64,000 nt of DNA from NCBI RefSeq assembly GCF_963921235.1, contig NC_086101.1:31806001-31870000 (forward strand), read 5' to 3'. Source of the stretch: Mobula hypostoma. Lineage: Eukaryota. Below, piece after piece: positions 61,382 through 64,000 of this stretch. The notes under the pieces are model-generated. The model searched no databases. It was not told the DNA's origin and saw only the letters and a list, made by a program, of their open reading frames with translations. Every line of letters begins with the position of its first letter. The stretch's first letter is position 1. The position numbers and the translations under genes are program-made.

Positions 61382-62388
61382 CTGGAACTGGATCTGAGAG
61401 TCAGAGAATAACTTATATCTGAAACCAGGACCCTGAGGCCCAAGATGCCGGGCTTCACCCCCAACCCCCTGAGAGAATCAGAGTCCTAAAACCAGAGAAT
61501 CAGGACTGTCCCCTCACCCCAAGGGGCATTTCAGCTGCACCTGAAGACAGTGAGAGTCCAAATCCCTGATCACATCTGCAGATCCCTGGCTGAGTTGCCT
61601 ATATCCATGAGCTGTGGTGTCCCAACCCGGTGATGGAGCGGGGTTATGAAACAAGACACGTTCACCCGGACCAGACTGGGTTCAATCATCAGTGTGTCTC
61701 TCTGAGCTCAGGGTAAGTTGCTCTGTGAGGATAGGGATGTGCTCAGTGCAGGTGGGAAAACTCCCAATCGGGGTGAGGACTCGTACGTGCTCCCTCCCTG
61801 GTTTAGTTTCTCCCTGCTGTCAGTGGAGAGACCAGCTGAGAACTGAGGTCAGGCCGAAGGAACTAATTCCATACAGTCTGGCCCGCTGACTCTTGCACTG
61901 GGGGAAAGTAGAGCACAAAGTTACAGTTAGTCTATGAGATGATAAGAGGCACAGATAATGTGGACAACCAGCTTTTGCCTTAACCAGGAAGCAACGCCTA
62001 ATACCGAAGAACATCTTTTTAAGGTGATTGCAGAAAGTGTCGGGGCGATGTCAGAGGGGAGCATGGAACACTGCTGTGGTCGTGATGGAGACTGGCACAT
62101 TAAGGACAGTTCAGAGACTCTTAGTTAGTCACATGGATGAAAGAAAAATGGACAATTTGTGAGAGGGATGTGTTAGATTGACCGTGGACTGGTCTAAGAG
62201 GTCAGCACAATTTTGTGGGCCAAAGGGCCAGTACTGTGCTATACCGTCCTGCTCCATGACCCTACAGAGAGAGGCCAAGACAACACGGATACTGTTATAA
62301 TGGGAGAAGGAAACGTGGTGGGGAATGGTGGGGTGAAGATGGGTGACATTGGACGCCCATGTACCGCACAACCAGTGGTGTTTCTTAC

Positions 62389-62652
62389 CGAGGAACAGGA
62401 CGAGGGGCTCGGGGAGACCCCGGTGTTCCACCCGACAGGAGAACTTTGCTGTGTCCGTGGGCTCCACCCGCACCGTCCTGGTCAGCTGGTAGGTGTTGTC
62501 GTGGTTGGGGAGGATCCCATGGAAATGGATCTCCTCCAGGATCCGGCCGTCCCGCAGAATAGTCACGTCGATGTACTGAGGGTAGAATCCAGTGGCCACA
62601 CAGGAGAGCTGGCGGCCATCCTCGGAGGCGGTGAACGAGACTTCAGGGGGAT
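62389..62652 (-). CDS. MHC class I locus 2 alpha3 exon (upstream duplicated module)
   Basis: 264 nt, open, splice sites intact; 10 nt differences from 58741-59004. Confidence 0.92.
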
Positions 62653-62874
62653 CTGGGGTGGGAGAGAAAGAGGAAGCATTGAGTGGAGGTAGGAAGGGGA
62701 TGGGAAGAGGAGACTGCGTGGGGGGTGTTGCAGAGGAGGTGGCGGGGCTGGTGAAGGTGGGAAGGGGTGGGCAGAGGAGGCGGCAAGGGGTGGGCAGGGG
62801 AGGGTGGAGATGGGGGTTGCAGACACTGACTTCCACTCCCTGGCACACACATTGACCCCACCCCACGCACTCAC

Positions 62875-63147
62875 TGGGTTCAAGGTGACTCCCCCCGGCC
62901 TTGACATATTTCATCAGCCATTCGATGCAGGTGTGCTCCAGGTATCCCTTCCAACCCTGGTTCATGGCTGTGTCCCGGTCCCACTTGTTCTTAGTGATGA
63001 TACCCCAGGGCACAGGGGTCACCCACACCATCCGGTCCTTGTCGAAGAGGATGAAGTCTGACCCATCCCAGCCGTACTGCAGGAACCCGGCAGTGGTCCC
63101 GTCGTCACGGAGCTCACAGCCGGACATCCTCTGGAGAAAGTGGATCC
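62875..63147 (-). CDS. MHC class I locus 2 alpha2 exon (upstream duplicated module)
   Basis: 273 nt, open; 3 nt differences from 59204-59476. Confidence 0.93.
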
Positions 63148-64000
63148 CTGGAACACATCATCCATTGGCGAGTTGTGGGGCTGTGGAAAACTTTCCATCC
63201 TGCAGATGTGGCTTTTGTTTCCACTCCCCCAGGCAGAACCAATATACACCCCACACGTTCCCCCACCGTTCACAATCCCCACTGTCACCGCTGAACAGAC
63301 CCCACCGTCACTTCTTCACCGCAACCCACCATTGACCCATCCCTACCATCACCTTCCATGTCACCCCTCACCTCCAACACGGTCCCCACCCACATCCTAC
63401 CATCACTCTCTCTCCCCACCACTGCATCTGACTCCTGCCCCGTCTCTACCATCACCCCAGCCCTCCCCACCCTGTATGATCTCTACTATCAGCCCCAAGA
63501 CAAAACCTACCATCAACCGTCACCCCCACACAATCACCATTGTCACCCCCGCCAGCCCCACAATACCTAACATCACCCCTGCCACCCCTTGCAAAATCAC
63601 TGACGACACCCACACCTACCCTCCCGCAGCCCCCTGTGCATCCCCATGATCGTTAACGGCACCCCTGCACAACCACATGATCCCTAACGTCACCCCTGTA
63701 CACCCCCATGCTCACTGTCACCCCTGTACATCCCCATGATCCCTAACATCTCCCTTACCATCCCCAACAATCCCCAACACCCCGTCACCACAATTTCTAA
63801 TGTCATCCCTGCCATCCCTCCCACATACCCTAACATCACCCCTGCACCCCACAATCGCTAATGTTGCCCCTGCTAACAACCACCATCCCTCACTTCACAG
63901 TCCACAATCCCTAATGTCACCTCTACCACCCCCCCATGATCTCTAACGTCACCCCTGCTGTCCCCCACAATCCCCAACAACACCCCTCCAACCCCAAGAT

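Larger units (their letters stand above)
58197..64000 (-). repeat. Head-to-tail tandem duplication, unit 3648 bp (58197-61844; second unit from 61845 off the window)
   Basis: gaggtcaggccgaaggaactaattcc starts at both 58197 and 61845; CR1 relic, alpha3, alpha2 and intron sequence are repeated at about 96-99% identity. Confidence 0.95.

Overview
Repeat-rich vertebrate genomic DNA, most likely a cartilaginous fish (shark or ray; inferred from UAA-type MHC class I, an HE1-like SINE and the CR1/Rex1/Tx1 content). The left part (1.6-12.3 kb) is a nest of Tx1-clade non-LTR retrotransposons. One full-length copy (ORF1 intact, ORF2 disrupted) and two 5'-truncated copies are stacked head-to-tail at one site, about nt 35-37 (loop I) of a U1 snRNA gene, separated by U1-derived target-site duplications. 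The full-length copy also begins with a U1 stem-loop I hairpin from a different U1 paralogue. An uninterrupted copy of the same variant U1 gene (the empty target) lies at 21411-21573. The middle holds CR1, hAT, solo-LTR, Tc1, L1, Rex1/Babar and RTE relics and a decayed C2H2 zinc-finger gene. The right part holds two minus-strand MHC class I loci. Gene 1 is complete (7 coding exons, 346 aa, ATG 49017 to stop 33467, X-Y/CCAAT promoter). Locus 2 runs off the window; its alpha1-alpha2-alpha3 block is tandemly duplicated (3648-bp unit, in frame), it has no intact transmembrane exon, and its intron 2 is filled with a TTAGGG-containing minisatellite. All alignments were done by eye; no database searches were run.
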